Virus record (IMG/VR): IMGVR_UViG_3300037419_001469 | Span: 1 to 64,000 of that record | Strand: one strand, 5' to 3' | Origin: a virus | Lineage: Duplodnaviria; Caudoviricetes | Length of the DNA stretch: 64,000 nucleotides | Part shown: positions 26,391 through 36,039 of the stretch, in pieces | Position numbering within the stretch: position 1 is the stretch's first letter | How the letters are laid out: each line of letters starts with the position of its first letter | The notes under the pieces: generated by a model | What the model saw: only the letters and a program-made list of their open reading frames with translations | Database searches by the model: none | What the model was told of the DNA's origin: nothing | Position numbers and translations under genes: made by a program

Positions 26391-27545
26391 CTATCCAATA
26401 TAGGTTTTGCGCGGCGGGTCTTCCCCGTACAGGTACTCGCGCAGCTCGTTGACGAAGCCAACAGGATCGTTACGTGCGTATCGGACCATTTCCTCCCTGG
26501 TCATGAAGCCGTCCGGGTCATCGAGATCGATGTATCCGCCATAGCCGAGATCGAACATGCTGCGGCTGAACTGCCGCGCCTCGGCCGGGTCCCTCTTAGT
26601 GGGAAGCGATTCCCAATCAAGAGAGATGCAGGCATCGCGCAGCGCCATCAGGTGACCGACATCGAGCATTTCGCTGCCGGTGTGCTCCTTCTGGTAGCCG
26701 ACCGAGACGTTCGTGCATTCAGGGATGCACTCGATGTATTCCTTCGTGTCGGTATAGACGCCGCTATCGTCCGGGCTGTAAAAGAAATTGAAGTTGAGCG
26801 TATTCAGGGCGTCGGCCAGGGCCAGCGCGAATTCATCCGAGCAGCAAGGCTCTCCGCCCTGGTGCGAGATGATGGAATCGGTCGCCTTGCGGTCGAACGC
26901 GATGGCCCGATTAAACTGCCGCAGGAAGTCGGGCTCGTATTGGGCCATCCAGGACGCGCCGATGCCCCCACACTCCTCGCCGCGGGTGATGACATAAGTG
27001 CCTGGCACGCCTGCGTCGATCATCTCCAGCAGCAGCCACACGCCGGCCCCGTCATCCGCGCCCAGGGGCTCGCCGTCTTCCTTGAAGATGTGCCTCAGGA
27101 TCGGGTCGTAGGACAGCACCTGCGGCCCTTCCTTGCGGTGGACGGTGTCGACGTGGGCCGAGAACAGCGTTTTCGAATTCTCTCCCACGGTGATCACATA
27201 AGCGGCGATCTGCCGGTCCCCGTAGATGGCCGGGTTGTAGGGTTTGATATACCTCTCGCACCATGCCCGCTCGGCATCGGAATCGTGCGGACGCTTCACG
27301 CCGAGCATGGCAAACAGCCGCGCGTCCAGGCCCTCCGGCAGAGACTTGACCTGCGCCTTCGGCGGTGGCAGCGGTTCCGGCTCGGCCTTCTTGAACCAGG
27401 CCGTGGGCAGCCCCGTGTGCAGTGGGTTCGGCGCCTTGCTGATCTTGGTGGTCTTGACCTCGATGTCGGGCTTGGAGGTCTTGGATGTCTTGGAGGACTT
27501 CGGGGCGCTCGTGTTGAGCACGCCCTTCTTTTCGGCGGTTTTCAT
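26391..27545 (-). CDS. M20/M28-family zinc peptidase-like protein
   Basis: AHVDTV, GADDGAG, GEECGG(I)G, AFDR, GYQKEH metal-ligand pattern. Confidence 0.8.
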   Translation of the reverse strand: MKTAEKKGVLNTSAPKSSKTSKTSKPDIEVKTTKISKAPNPLHTGLPTAWFKKAEPEPLPPPKAQVKSLPEGLDARLFAMLGVKRPHDSDAERAWCERYIKPYNPAIYGDRQIAAYVITVGENSKTLFSAHVDTVHRKEGPQVLSYDPILRHIFKEDGEPLGADDGAGVWLLLEMIDAGVPGTYVITRGEECGGIGASWMAQYEPDFLRQFNRAIAFDRKATDSIISHQGGEPCCSDEFALALADALNTLNFNFFYSPDDSGVYTDTKEYIECIPECTNVSVGYQKEHTGSEMLDVGHLMALRDACISLDWESLPTKRDPAEARQFSRSMFDLGYGGYIDLDDPDGFMTREEMVRYARNDPVGFVNELREYLYGEDPPRKTYIG

Positions 27546-29356
27546 GCGCACACCTCTTGTTCAGGTTCATTTACAGTAAATGGGACAACTGCATCAATGC
27601 GTGCAGCGTGAACAAGTTCGGGGTGGAATAGGCTCCAATCCCATGTTCCGTCCGGGCACTGAATCATATCCGCTTCCTTGAACCAATAAAAGCCCCCGGG
27701 TGACATATCGACAACAGCTTCGTCTTGATCCCACGCAAGCTTTCCGTCGATCAGCTCGACGGTATCGGCAACGTGCGCGAATTCCCCGTTGTAGAGCATG
27801 CGGCAGTCGGTGTCATTGAGGAGCATCCAACTCTCGTCGGCGCACTGCACGCAGTCCTCCTCCAAGGCGTAGTCGCCGTTATAGAGCTCGACCACGCCCT
27901 CATCGTCGTCCAAGGCCCAATCGCCTCCGACCAGTTCGACCACGCTGCTATCCGAAGACAAGGCCCACCGCTCATCGCCATCCTTGTCATCGATCAGCTG
28001 GACCAGGTCGTCGTGGCCATCGGAGGCATAGCGGCCGTCGTACAACTCGGTGCAGTAGTCCTTGTCCTGGTAATCGCCGTCGACGTCGAGCACGATGCCG
28101 TGGTAATCCAGCACGCTCTGCCGGTCCAGATACCAGTTCTCCCCGACCTGGATGGCGCTGCCGATGCGGACATAGGTTTCATCGCCATGCTGGCCGTAAT
28201 AGGCATAAACATAGTGCTCGTCCCTGCAGTAGCTGCAGATGTCATGATCATGGTGCTCGGAATAGCTCAGGTCATCGTTATGGACGCGGGAATCGCAGCA
28301 GTCGCAGTAGCTGTAGTGCTCGTCGTCGTCATCGTTATCGTCGTCACCATCCATGATGCCGTTGGCATTGGCCGCATCCTTGCCCGTGTCGCTCCAGAGG
28401 AAGTAATCGCGCTGCGTGGCCGAGTCGTAAAGCGGCCCCTCGACTCTCTGGTGGCAGCCGTCGAGGTACGGCATCAGCCAGCCGCCGCAGTCGAGGTCGA
28501 TGCACTGCAGCTTGATGCCGAGGCCGCCGAATCCGTCGACCTTCTCGTAGCCCAGGTCCTTCAGGCGCGAAGCCAGGATCTCGCCATCGTTGCCGTAGTA
28601 GCGCACGAAGGCCTTGTTCTTCATGTCGCACAGGCAGCGCGCGGAAGCGCCGTTGGGCGAGCCGAGGTAGGCAAGGCCAAGACGGTACGAGCCGTCCGCC
28701 TCCTGGTAGCCGTAGACCTCGACCGGGTGCATGTTATCGACGCGGCAATCGTCCCCTTCCATGCAGGACTGGATGCCGCAGTTCTCGTACACCTCGCGGA
28801 TCGCCTCCGGCCCGACCGCCCACTTGATCTCGTCCTGGTGGATGTTATTGGCGATGTCGCGGATCTGCTCCTGCGTCAGCACGTCCGCATAGAACTTCTG
28901 CAGGTAGCGGCCTAGCTTCATTTTCACTTGGCGATCGGCCAGCCCATACTGGTGGCTCGGCGTGTACGCGATCATCGTCGGGTCGTCGGTCGACAGGTGG
29001 ACGAAGTGGTACACATAGCGCAGCCGGACATTCTCCGGCAGGTTGCGCAGGCCGTAAATCAGATTCGACACCGGCTGGTAGTGGCCGTGCCAGAAACGCA
29101 TCGCCTCGCGGTACAGCCACCAGTTGAGGTCGTTCGGCTCGGCATTGCAGTAATCCTTGAACCGATCAAGGTCTTCGGGCGCGACGCCCTCCGGAGGGTA
29201 ATTGCACATCGGGCTTTGCTTGACGCGGAAAGGATGGCCGACCGGGCTCCTGTGCGTCTCCAGATACCAGTGCGTGGTCCAGAAGTAATCGGTCTCCCGG
29301 TCGACATAGACCCGGTAATCCTCGAACGTCTTGATCGGGGTGATGTTCTCAGCCAT
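27542..29356 (-). CDS. large acidic protein with Cys/His cluster and C-terminal ~13-residue repeats
   Basis: 604 aa ORF, GGAG RBS, CDCC/CSYC, repeated V.L..G.(W/Y)AL units. Confidence 0.75.
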   Translation of the reverse strand: MAENITPIKTFEDYRVYVDRETDYFWTTHWYLETHRSPVGHPFRVKQSPMCNYPPEGVAPEDLDRFKDYCNAEPNDLNWWLYREAMRFWHGHYQPVSNLIYGLRNLPENVRLRYVYHFVHLSTDDPTMIAYTPSHQYGLADRQVKMKLGRYLQKFYADVLTQEQIRDIANNIHQDEIKWAVGPEAIREVYENCGIQSCMEGDDCRVDNMHPVEVYGYQEADGSYRLGLAYLGSPNGASARCLCDMKNKAFVRYYGNDGEILASRLKDLGYEKVDGFGGLGIKLQCIDLDCGGWLMPYLDGCHQRVEGPLYDSATQRDYFLWSDTGKDAANANGIMDGDDDNDDDDEHYSYCDCCDSRVHNDDLSYSEHHDHDICSYCRDEHYVYAYYGQHGDETYVRIGSAIQVGENWYLDRQSVLDYHGIVLDVDGDYQDKDYCTELYDGRYASDGHDDLVQLIDDKDGDERWALSSDSSVVELVGGDWALDDDEGVVELYNGDYALEEDCVQCADESWMLLNDTDCRMLYNGEFAHVADTVELIDGKLAWDQDEAVVDMSPGGFYWFKEADMIQCPDGTWDWSLFHPELVHAARIDAVVPFTVNEPEQEVCA

Positions 29357-29449
29357 TTTGCTACTCCTTCGAGTGAAATTAAGCCCACAGTGGGCGGCTA
29401 GAAACGGGCCTCAATGGCGAGGCCCTGGGAATCACACTTAGTGGGGATC

Positions 29450-29770
29450 TCATCCCATTGCGCGGACTTGGCGCTGCACCTCGGACAGCGGGATCGGAGA
29501 CCAGTACAGGTCGCGCTCGATGGTCAAGCCTCCGGGTCCGCGGATCATCTCGAGTTCGTCGATCGAGACATAGCCAAGCTCGGCCTCGTCGGCGTAATTC
29601 AGCAGGCAGAAGCCGAAGGCCAGGCGCTTCTCGGGGTCGTACTCGGTCAGCCACCACGTTGCCATGGCCCAAGGACAGAACAGCTTGACGACGCATTGCG
29701 GGTCCGGGATGCGCTCCTGCGAGTACAGCGGCGGCAAGAGCTTGGCCGCTTCGTTATCGATCAGCGTCAT
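29450..29770 (-). CDS. DUF2958-like protein
   Basis: VKLF.P...ATWWLTEYD...FG...ELGYVSIDEL...IERDLYW. Confidence 0.75.
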   Translation of the reverse strand: MTLIDNEAAKLLPPLYSQERIPDPQCVVKLFCPWAMATWWLTEYDPEKRLAFGFCLLNYADEAELGYVSIDELEMIRGPGGLTIERDLYWSPIPLSEVQRQVRAMG

Positions 29771-30057
29771 TGCCGGCCTCCGCACGTCGGGATCACGTTG
29801 TCTTTCGGCTGCACCAGGTGCAGCACGATCTCGAGCGATGCGGCCAGCTCCATCGCCGCGTCGTGGTCGCTGAAGTCGGCCACCGATTCGATGCCGCCGA
29901 CTTCGCCGCGGTAATGCAGCGCCACCATCCAGGCGTTGGCCTGGGCTTCGTCAGTGGGCAGCAGGGCGCCATTCATGTATCGCATCGGAAGCAGCTCGAC
30001 GGCATCGAAGTCCAGCAGGCTGCCGGTGAACTCAATACGGGCAAAGGTCTCAGCCAT
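29767..30057 (-). CDS. hypothetical protein
   Basis: RBS and overlaps. Confidence 0.6.
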   Translation of the reverse strand: MAETFARIEFTGSLLDFDAVELLPMRYMNGALLPTDEAQANAWMVALHYRGEVGGIESVADFSDHDAAMELAASLEIVLHLVQPKDNVIPTCGGRQ

Positions 30058-30403
30058 GATCGGTCTCCCTGATCTTGGCCTCGACTTCCTCGACGGCCTT
30101 CGTGTACGGTGCGATACCGCCGCTGTTCAAGCCGTCGACGTTGAGCAGGAAGGCCAGCTGGTGGCAGATCAGGCGGACCGCGGTGTCCTGGCAGACGGAG
30201 TCGGTGCCGCGGTAATCGGCCGATCTCGCGAACTCGTCGATGGCCGCGACCAGCGAGCGGGCCACGCCGCTCGGATTGCAGGCGCCCTGCGAGATCGCGA
30301 TCGCATCGCGGTATCTCTTGCCGAGTTCGTTCTTGCTGATGACGATATGGGTCATGTCCAGGGTCCGGAGTGCGGACTGGACAAGCGTGATGTCTCCGCT
30401 CAT
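30050..30403 (-). CDS. hypothetical protein
   Basis: follows TTTACNGTAAATGGAGG element. Confidence 0.65.
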   Translation of the reverse strand: MSGDITLVQSALRTLDMTHIVISKNELGKRYRDAIAISQGACNPSGVARSLVAAIDEFARSADYRGTDSVCQDTAVRLICHQLAFLLNVDGLNSGGIAPYTKAVEEVEAKIRETDHG

Positions 30404-30429
30404 GGGAGCCTCCATTTACAGTAAACGGG

Positions 30430-30681
30430 TTAAAGGCGATCGACCAGCGACTCGATCTCGGGTTGGGGCAAGGTGGTGACTTCCTTCTTCGGATCGGCCC
30501 CGCGATCCTCGAAGTATTTGCCGACCACGCGCGAGGTCGTGCGGCTGTGCCTGGTCTGCGACTTGAAGTAGCCGTGCTCCGGGCGGTAGCCCGCGACCGG
30601 CGTGTCGTGGTGAAACAGCAGCTCGGTGCCGTCGTGGAGCGTGACGGCGATGGCGTTGTTGTGGAATTGGGCGACCATCAT
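30430..30681 (-). CDS. hypothetical protein
   Basis: GGAG RBS; HSRTTSR motif. Confidence 0.6.
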   Translation of the reverse strand: MMVAQFHNNAIAVTLHDGTELLFHHDTPVAGYRPEHGYFKSQTRHSRTTSRVVGKYFEDRGADPKKEVTTLPQPEIESLVDRL

Positions 30682-30989
30682 TTCAGTGTCTCCAACAGGA
30701 TGTCGATCCAGCGCAGTTCTTCCTGCTTCAACCTCATGTGAGGAACCAGGGCCGGCGTGATCGTGGCCAGCACGCCGCGCGCGGAGGTCAAGGCGGCGAC
30801 CAGGGCCTCGTGGTTGTTGACGGCCTTGACGATGAATTCGACATTGGCTCGCCGCTTGTCGTCGAACGTGTGGAAACAGGCAACCTCCCTGCCATCGGCG
30901 CCTGCGATGCTCAGTGGGTAGTAATAGGTTCCCCCGGTCCTGATTTCCCACGGTGTCGGTGCCGGTGCGTTTTCAGTTCCCATGATCAT
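30678..30989 (-). CDS. hypothetical protein (TPxPW...NAxxIxxAxN type)
   Basis: PTPWEI...ANVEFIVKAVNNH..L..AL. Confidence 0.65.
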   Translation of the reverse strand: MIMGTENAPAPTPWEIRTGGTYYYPLSIAGADGREVACFHTFDDKRRANVEFIVKAVNNHEALVAALTSARGVLATITPALVPHMRLKQEELRWIDILLETLK

Positions 30990-31257
30990 CTCCGATCAGC
31001 TTTGCGTTGATGGCGGCGATGAACACCGACTTCTTCGCTTCGTCATCGAGGAAGTACGGCTCGGGCATGCCGAGATCCTTGGCCAGCTCGCGCACATCGA
31101 TGTCGTCGCGCTCATCGCCGTTCAGCACCGGATCTAGGGTGTAGAAGCAGAAGTTGACGCCCTGCTCGATTTCGTCATCCTTGTAGGTGTGGTACACCTT
31201 GACGCCGTCATGCTCGATGAACAGTTCGGCGTCGACTTCGGTTGTCAGGTATGGCAT
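30973..31257 (-). CDS. hypothetical protein
   Basis: AGGAGG RBS. Confidence 0.65.
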   Translation of the reverse strand: MPYLTTEVDAELFIEHDGVKVYHTYKDDEIEQGVNFCFYTLDPVLNGDERDDIDVRELAKDLGMPEPYFLDDEAKKSVFIAAINAKLIGDDHGN

Positions 31258-31266
31258 GTGGGCCTC

Positions 31267-31674
31267 CTAGTAATTGAAGCTGACTCGAATCTCTACCCGG
31301 TACTCGCGACCGCGGATGTGGCGCGCGGTGGCGCTGTAGCTGGCACAGCCGCAGCAGTCATATTCGTGATCGCAGCCCCAGGCCGAGAACTCGCTTTGCA
31401 GCGCGCGAATCATCAGGTCTTTGTCCTTCCAGCCGCGCGGCGCAATCACGCGGTGGACGTAGGTCGGACCATCGGACGGGTCGAGCTGGTCGATGGCGCG
31501 GTCCAGGCCGCGCGCATGACGCAGGCCGTTGGCGATGGCGAAACGGGTGGCCGCGTGGATCTTTTTCGGCTGCAGAACTTTCACCCGCGCCACGTCGCGC
31601 CATGCGTCGAGATGGCGCCAGGTGCCGACATACTTGTGCGTCAGGCGCTCGGACAGGGTTTGGTAGTGGGCCAT
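31267..31674 (-). CDS. hypothetical protein with CxHxxDCCGC motif
   Basis: GAGG RBS before MAHYQ. Confidence 0.65.
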   Translation of the reverse strand: MAHYQTLSERLTHKYVGTWRHLDAWRDVARVKVLQPKKIHAATRFAIANGLRHARGLDRAIDQLDPSDGPTYVHRVIAPRGWKDKDLMIRALQSEFSAWGCDHEYDCCGCASYSATARHIRGREYRVEIRVSFNY

Positions 31675-31675
31675 G

Positions 31676-31924
31676 TCACACCTCGACGTGGGTCGTGACG
31701 GTGTAGGTGCCGTCGTCGCACAGGTGCAGCTTATGCACTGTGGGCGTGTCACCGATCCAGATCGTGAACTCGCCTGACGTGCCTTCTCCAGATGGGACCA
31801 GGGACATGTATTCCATCTCCTCCAGTCTGCGCATCATCTCGAAAGCGTTAAACGGACGCAGCACGACCTCCATCGTCGGTATGGTCGTACTGCCCTCTTT
31901 GACTTCCATCGTCTTGATGGACAT
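31676..31924 (-). CDS. hypothetical protein
   Basis: AAGGAG RBS. Confidence 0.65.
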   Translation of the reverse strand: MSIKTMEVKEGSTTIPTMEVVLRPFNAFEMMRRLEEMEYMSLVPSGEGTSGEFTIWIGDTPTVHKLHLCDDGTYTVTTHVEV

Positions 31925-31942
31925 GGTGCTTCTCCTTAGCGG

Positions 31943-32293
31943 TTAAGGGTTGGCGATATGCCGCAGGACACGGTGCGCCTTGTCCTTGAAGGCGTTGAGC
32001 AGTTCCCACACCTCGCCGGTATCGGTGTGCTCGTTCTTGCGGCACTTGAGGTTGAAGGTTTTCACTTGCTCAAGGTGGTGGCGCACCAGGGTCTCCAGGC
32101 GCCGATGCACGTTCGGCATCTGTTTCATGCTGCTATCGAGCAGGTCGACCTGGGTCATGCAGCCGACCTCGTCGACGACGTTAAACACCAGGGCGTGCGT
32201 GGCCGGATGCTGCGCGGCGCGCGCCGCGGTGGCCGCCTCGAGCGGGTTGTTGGCTTCGACATCGATATGCCAGGAGACGCGGTAGGTTTTCAT
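31943..32293 (-). CDS. hypothetical protein
   Basis: GAGG RBS; Y.V.W.ID..A..P.EAA pattern. Confidence 0.6.
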   Translation of the reverse strand: MKTYRVSWHIDVEANNPLEAATAARAAQHPATHALVFNVVDEVGCMTQVDLLDSSMKQMPNVHRRLETLVRHHLEQVKTFNLKCRKNEHTDTGEVWELLNAFKDKAHRVLRHIANP

Positions 32294-32529
32294 TCCTCGC
32301 TCCCACTAAGTATGACGACGTCGGACATGTCGATCTCAGCCCCGGAAATCGTGCTCGGGTCGAGGACCATGACCAGGCACGCCTCCACGCTGATCTCGCC
32401 GCCCGGCGCAAGCAGGTCCCGGGCATCCGTCTCCGTCATCCCGTCGACCTCGACGGCGTGTTCCAGCGCGACATCAAACACCGCCTGCACATCGAAGATG
32501 CGCAGGTCCATGATGAATCTGGCTTGCAT
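32290..32529 (-). CDS. hypothetical acidic protein
   Basis: GGAGG RBS. Confidence 0.6.
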   Translation of the reverse strand: MQARFIMDLRIFDVQAVFDVALEHAVEVDGMTETDARDLLAPGGEISVEACLVMVLDPSTISGAEIDMSDVVILSGSEE

Positions 32530-32538
32530 GATTGCCTC

Positions 32539-32997
32539 CTATGCGTGGTACATCACGAATCGCGAATACAGCTCGCCCAACAGGTCCGAGTTGACCGGAG
32601 ACGAGGCCCGAATCCAGACGCGGTGCGATCGCTGCATCAGCTCGATCAGGCCACGCGCAGTGGCGTTGTCCGCCCACAGCATCGTGTGAGTGACGACGAG
32701 CAGGTCCTGGGCCGGGATCGCGTAGCTTTTTTCGACGGCATGCTTCGGCGCCATCAGGTTGACGTAGCGCGGCGCCGAATGCGCCCGGGCCTTGTCCCTT
32801 CTCCAGAAGTGCTGCAGCGTCGTCGGCGTGATGCCGAGCACGCGGCTGCCGGCCGGCAGGGTTTCGATGGCGGCCAGCATCGGGCTGGTCTGGTCCCGGC
32901 TCACGTCCGCATAGAAAATCACATGCGAGTTCTTCGTCAGGAATTCGGCGAGGTCGGCCTGTTCGACGTCCAGGGTTGGCGAGGTAATGCTGTTCAT
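32539..32997 (-). CDS. hypothetical protein
   Basis: start MNSITSP overlapping upstream stop. Confidence 0.55.
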   Translation of the reverse strand: MNSITSPTLDVEQADLAEFLTKNSHVIFYADVSRDQTSPMLAAIETLPAGSRVLGITPTTLQHFWRRDKARAHSAPRYVNLMAPKHAVEKSYAIPAQDLLVVTHTMLWADNATARGLIELMQRSHRVWIRASSPVNSDLLGELYSRFVMYHA

Positions 32998-33422
32998 TGC
33001 TTGGGCTCCGGAAGGTAAGTTCGTGTGATGGCAGGCAGCAGCAAGCCGTGCTGCAGGGCCAGGTCGTTGAGGGCTTGCGCGACGACGTGGAGATTGCGGA
33101 TGCGGGTGCCGTAAGCGCCGTCGTCTTCGCGTGGCATGTGGGAGTCGTGGATTTCCTGCAGCTGGCACATCAGCCTTGGATGCTGCATCCAGTCCATGTC
33201 GACGCCGTCGCGGCGCAACTTCGAAATCACGGTGAAGGCGCCGACGCCTTCGAATGCATCCCTGTAGGCATAGTCCGGGATCATCACGCCGACTGCGCAC
33301 TTGTTGCCCGCCTCGTCTCGGTAGCAGCAGCCGATGCCCTCGTCGCCGCGCTCGCCCCAGGCTGCGACCTTTTGCGCGAACAGGTGAATGCAGACCTTGT
33401 CGAAAATTTCTTGCTTGGTCAT
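32994..33422 (-). CDS. hypothetical protein (C.YR...KCAVG family)
   Basis: follows palindromic element; LQ..HD motif. Confidence 0.65.
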   Translation of the reverse strand: MTKQEIFDKVCIHLFAQKVAAWGERGDEGIGCCYRDEAGNKCAVGVMIPDYAYRDAFEGVGAFTVISKLRRDGVDMDWMQHPRLMCQLQEIHDSHMPREDDGAYGTRIRNLHVVAQALNDLALQHGLLLPAITRTYLPEPKQ

Positions 33423-33448
33423 GGTCATCTCCATTTACGGTAAATGGT

Positions 33449-33907
33449 TCAAGCGGTCTTGGGCGGCAGCTTCTTGTAGGCGATGACGCTGCCCCAGGTC
33501 ACGAAGTCGGCCTGCTCATCGAAGTGCGCGCCGGCCTCGAACCAGACGCGCACGCGATCGGTATCGGCCAGCTCGGAGGGCATCTTCGGGGTCTTGTCCC
33601 ACACCAGGCGGTCCGGGTCCGGAATCAGGTTCTGCAGGCCGAACAGGGAATCGTCGATGACGCCGTCGATGTGGCTGATGTGGTCGCGCAGCTTGGCCAT
33701 GACCAGGCGAGCATCGGGAGGCAGGAACTGGTCGGCGCGCTGGCTGACGACGGCCTCGTAGTCGGTGGCGATGGAATCCAGGTCTTCCACGATATTGCGC
33801 AGATGCGCGATCAGGTCCGGGACCAGGTTCACCGAGGCGGCGAGGTTGCCCAGGGCGTCGCGCCTGGCTTCGTTTGCTGCTTGCACTGCATCGAAATCGA
33901 TCTTCAT
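33449..33907 (-). CDS. hypothetical protein with C-terminal W...IAY(K/R) domain
   Basis: AAGGAG RBS; domain shared with 34446-35531. Confidence 0.65.
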   Translation of the reverse strand: MKIDFDAVQAANEARRDALGNLAASVNLVPDLIAHLRNIVEDLDSIATDYEAVVSQRADQFLPPDARLVMAKLRDHISHIDGVIDDSLFGLQNLIPDPDRLVWDKTPKMPSELADTDRVRVWFEAGAHFDEQADFVTWGSVIAYKKLPPKTA

Positions 33908-33926
33908 GTCACTTCTCCTTTGTTGA

Positions 33927-34124
33927 TCAAGCCAGGACCGTCAAATCCCGGACACGCCATAACTCGATTCTTCCTTCGAGCTTGGCCAGCTCGCCGTAGC
34001 TTGCCGACCGGACCACACGCTCGACGGTGCCGAGGATGACGCCACAGGTTGTGGCGACTTTCACCCTCTTGCCCACGAGCTTGTGGTTGAACTGCTGCTG
34101 ATACACCTGCTGTTTTGCCGCCAT
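33927..34124 (-). CDS. hypothetical SH3/KOW-like small protein
   Basis: GGAGG RBS before MAAKQQ; VGKRVKV...GTVE. Confidence 0.5.
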   Translation of the reverse strand: MAAKQQVYQQQFNHKLVGKRVKVATTCGVILGTVERVVRSASYGELAKLEGRIELWRVRDLTVLA

Positions 34125-34250
34125 GCACGCCCTCCAGATCGAAAGGTGAGTCCCACTCAGTGGGAGTGCCGGACAACCCGACATGGCAGACGCCTCGGAT
34201 GCGAAGCATCTGTGATGTCGGCGCTCAAAGGAGCGCCGGATAGTTGCATT

Positions 34251-34442
34251 TCAATTGCGGCGTTTCACGCGGATGTCGCTGCGGAAGCCGTCGTGATGGA
34301 TCAGGCTGCGGCGCACGTCATCCGGGCTGCAGGCCGGCGTGAAATACACGGTCGTCAGCAGCTTTTCCCCTGCGGTCTTGCGCCGCGGGTAGACCCGCGG
34401 CGGCACCGGCACGTACACGTCCCAGGCAATGGTCGCGCTCAT
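34251..34442 (-). CDS. hypothetical protein
   Basis: tiles after 34446 ORF. Confidence 0.55.
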   Translation of the reverse strand: MSATIAWDVYVPVPPRVYPRRKTAGEKLLTTVYFTPACSPDDVRRSLIHHDGFRSDIRVKRRN

Positions 34443-34445
34443 GGC

Positions 34446-35531
34446 TCACTCCACGAATCGGTAGTGGGTGATGCGGCAAGGATCGCCAGGCGGCTCGTCC
34501 CACAACCATCTTTCTGGCAATTGCGACATGGTCTCGGTGCCGTCTTTCAGTCGGACCTGGATCTTCCTGGTGTTGAGCGGAGCGCCGATTGGGCAGGACC
34601 GAATGATGTCTCCGACCTCTATCCAACCCTTGCTCGGATTGCGCCACACCATGCGGTACGCGACGATGCGGCCGGTGTTCCCGGGAGGCAGGTTCCAGAC
34701 GAAGGACTTGGCGGTGTTGCAGACCTCGGTGCCATCGGCAAGCCGGACCTCGATCAGCTGATTGCCCTCGTATACCGGGGACTTCATGTACATGCCAGGC
34801 ACGTTGATCCACGGCCCGTACTCGGTGTCGGGCTCGACCTCTGCCTCCGGCTTGACCTCGATCTGTGGCGCCGGCTCGGGCATCGCTGCATCCGCGGCAC
34901 AGATATAACCCTTGTGGCTGAACCTCCAGGCGACGACGCGCCCAGGGTCTTCCGGATTGCATTCCCAATCGACGTGGTCGACGGATGCAAATTCGCTGAT
35001 GGTGCCGTCCCTGAACAACGCCTCGAATCGGATTCCGTCATCGAGGTCCGGCTTGATCGTGGCATCGTCAGAGATCGTGATCCAGCCCTCTCCAGGCGGC
35101 ACGCGCAAGGGTTTGATCTCAGCCTCCGCCTTCGGCGCCTGGTACAGCGCCTCACCGGCCAGGAAGCGGCGCGCGCCGGTCATGAAGTCATCCAGGAATT
35201 CGCGCACCTCGGTACGCGGCATCAGGATGACATCACCGATGCGTTTGTCGAAGTGCTCGACCTCCGCCGCCCAATGCGCAATGAACCAGCGCGCATCGGC
35301 CTCGCCCTTGAACAAGGGTTGCCCCTTGGAGGCGTAATAGTCAACGATCTCCATCGCCTCGATCACGTTCACGCCGTACTGGCATTCGAGGAAGGTCGTC
35401 ATGTGGGCCGTGACGTCGGCATTCGAGTTGCACAGCGCAAGCAGCATGTCGTGGTAGCACGCATCGATCTTGATCACGCGCTTGTCGGCCGTCTCGAAGG
35501 TGTCGGTCACGGTTGGGTATATCGGTGTCAT
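34446..35531 (-). CDS. hypothetical protein with three tandem ~55-aa domains
   Basis: three W...(E/Q)V(R)L.DGT...W...G.(I/V)..(Y/W)R units. Confidence 0.7.
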   Translation of the reverse strand: MTPIYPTVTDTFETADKRVIKIDACYHDMLLALCNSNADVTAHMTTFLECQYGVNVIEAMEIVDYYASKGQPLFKGEADARWFIAHWAAEVEHFDKRIGDVILMPRTEVREFLDDFMTGARRFLAGEALYQAPKAEAEIKPLRVPPGEGWITISDDATIKPDLDDGIRFEALFRDGTISEFASVDHVDWECNPEDPGRVVAWRFSHKGYICAADAAMPEPAPQIEVKPEAEVEPDTEYGPWINVPGMYMKSPVYEGNQLIEVRLADGTEVCNTAKSFVWNLPPGNTGRIVAYRMVWRNPSKGWIEVGDIIRSCPIGAPLNTRKIQVRLKDGTETMSQLPERWLWDEPPGDPCRITHYRFVE

Positions 35532-35561
35532 GTGGGTCTCCATTTACGGTAAATGGCTTGG

Positions 35562-36038
35562 TCAGCCGATGGGTTCTGGTTCGGGGTCGGAAGCCTGGCT
35601 CGGCACTTCGAGCGGGCGCGTCGTCGCCATCTGCAGGTAGGCCCAGGCCTTGTCGAGGATCGTGCCGAGATCCTTGTTGAGGCGGTCCGCCACCTCCTTG
35701 TCCTTGATGATGTCGGTGACGCCGGCTCGGTGCGTCAGGTGGCCGCCATGCTGGTACGTGGCGGCCGCCTCCTTCAGCGCATACGCCTGCTTGTACAGGT
35801 CGCGGATCACCCACCAGTCCGAGTCCGAGATCAAGGTGTGCTCGAACAGGTCCTTGACCTTGTGCCTACCGATCAGCGTGTCGAAGTGGAAGTGGCACTG
35901 CGCATTGCCGATATAGCCGAAGCCCCAATACCAGCCGCAGTCCCAGGAATGCTTGTGGATCACCAGCGTCTGGCCATCCGCATAAGTGCCAGCGCCCTGC
36001 TTGACCCGGCCCAGGATGATGTATTCGCCATTTGCCAT
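35562..36038 (-). CDS. hypothetical protein (SWDCGWYWGFG family)
   Basis: GGAGG RBS. Confidence 0.7.
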   Translation of the reverse strand: MANGEYIILGRVKQGAGTYADGQTLVIHKHSWDCGWYWGFGYIGNAQCHFHFDTLIGRHKVKDLFEHTLISDSDWWVIRDLYKQAYALKEAAATYQHGGHLTHRAGVTDIIKDKEVADRLNKDLGTILDKAWAYLQMATTRPLEVPSQASDPEPEPIG

Positions 36039-36039
36039 G

